Positions 63,011 to 64,000 of a stretch of DNA of 64,000 nt are shown in pieces. Source of the stretch: Camelus dromedarius (lineage: Eukaryota). The stretch covers positions 117,244,001 through 117,308,000 of the forward strand of contig NC_087436.1 in NCBI RefSeq assembly GCF_036321535.1, read 5' to 3'. Positions within the stretch are counted from its first letter, which is position 1, and each line of letters opens with the position of its first letter. The position numbers and the translations under genes were made by a program. Under the pieces are notes generated by a model, which did no database searches, was not told the origin of the DNA, and worked only from the letters and a program-made list of their open reading frames with translations.

Positions 63011-64000
63011 AAAAGATGTTTCAGGGTAAAGTCATCAGGACTTAGCAGCAAAGACAGAGAGGGAAGGAGTCATCAAAGGTGATATCAGGTGTCGGTCTCG
63101 GGCAGGAGGGAGGACGGCAGGGCCATTTCTGCAGGCAGCTGGAGGAAGAGCAGGCTTGCAGGGAGGGAGGGAGGCTGCGAGGGGGAGACGTCGGCAGGGC
63201 TGTTAATGTGGCTTCCAGCAGGGCATGTGGAGCTGAAACGCCATCCATCAGGCAGCCCCAGGGCCGTGCCTACCTCAGAGGTTCCTGGGCAACTCCAACG
63301 AGACCTTCAGTGCACATGGGACAGCAACTTGGGAGCCACAACACACACCAGAGATGCACGTCATCACTGAGGTCCCCGCCCCCTTCCAGCATCCCGAGAA
63401 GCGTCCTGATGTTTCCGGTCCGCTCTGCTCACAAAGCAGAACAGCCTGGCCTTTTAAAGCTCTTCGCAGAATTGGAGTCACAAGTGTAAGGCACCTGGCT
63501 TCCCATCAATTCTTAAATGGCGGTCTGTGCGCTGACTCATCCAGGAGCTCGGTGTGAATCACCAACCGGCCAGCGTTCCAGCTCCGGGAGCGGGAGCAGG
63601 GCGGACACTGAGCAGAAGGATTATATTTTCGTCACATCATGAAAATCTAACTTGGAAGCTTTTTTGTACTTTCCTGCATCTCCATAAAAGTCCTCTCATT
63701 TCGTTAATTTATCAACTCGTTCAACAATACTAAGAAAACGCTTACACTGAGCCAAGCGCTATCTCAGGTTGGGGGTCCTGTGGAGAGCAGGTGACATGGA
63801 TTCTGCCATCATGGAACTTACAGCCCAAGCTTGGACACGAGGTGACAATTCAGGGAGAGAGGGAACAGCAAGCGCAGAGGCTCGGAGCCCGCAGAGGCAC
63901 GGTGGGAGGCGGGAGCGACCCAGAGCCAACGTGGAGGAAGCACCGAGCGAGGGAGGCGGAGGGGACACCGCACGCCTCTTCGGGGCAGGCCGAGGAGGCT

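Overview
Mammalian genomic DNA, most likely camelid (llama/alpaca/camel): it carries three tRNA-Ala(AGC)-derived SINEs of the camelid Vic-1 type, and I recognised no Alu, Bov-tA/BovB, PRE1 or SINEC. The only host protein-coding material I can support is three + strand exons of the urate/hexose transporter SLC2A9 (GLUT9): 11666-11764, 13152-13227 and 52681-52808, equivalent to human exons 9-11 (TM9-TM11). All have canonical AG/GT ends and matching phases. The copy looks inactivated or decaying: a TAG replaces a conserved Trp (13164-13166), the TM10 GPG motif has Gly->Arg, one codon is missing from exon 9, and both TM11 Asn of the N-W-x-x-N motif are Ser. The best leads are candidate loss of GLUT9 in this lineage and, more speculatively, an intronic sequence able to pair with the stop codon with an A:C mismatch at the edit-relevant A. 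The rest is intron filled with a 5'-truncated L1 with a 16-bp TSD, three related ERV1-type solo LTRs, many MLT1/MER21 LTRs, MER DNA transposons, L2/MIR and simple repeats. Repeat subfamily names and human residue numbers are from memory, and old-repeat boundaries are approximate.
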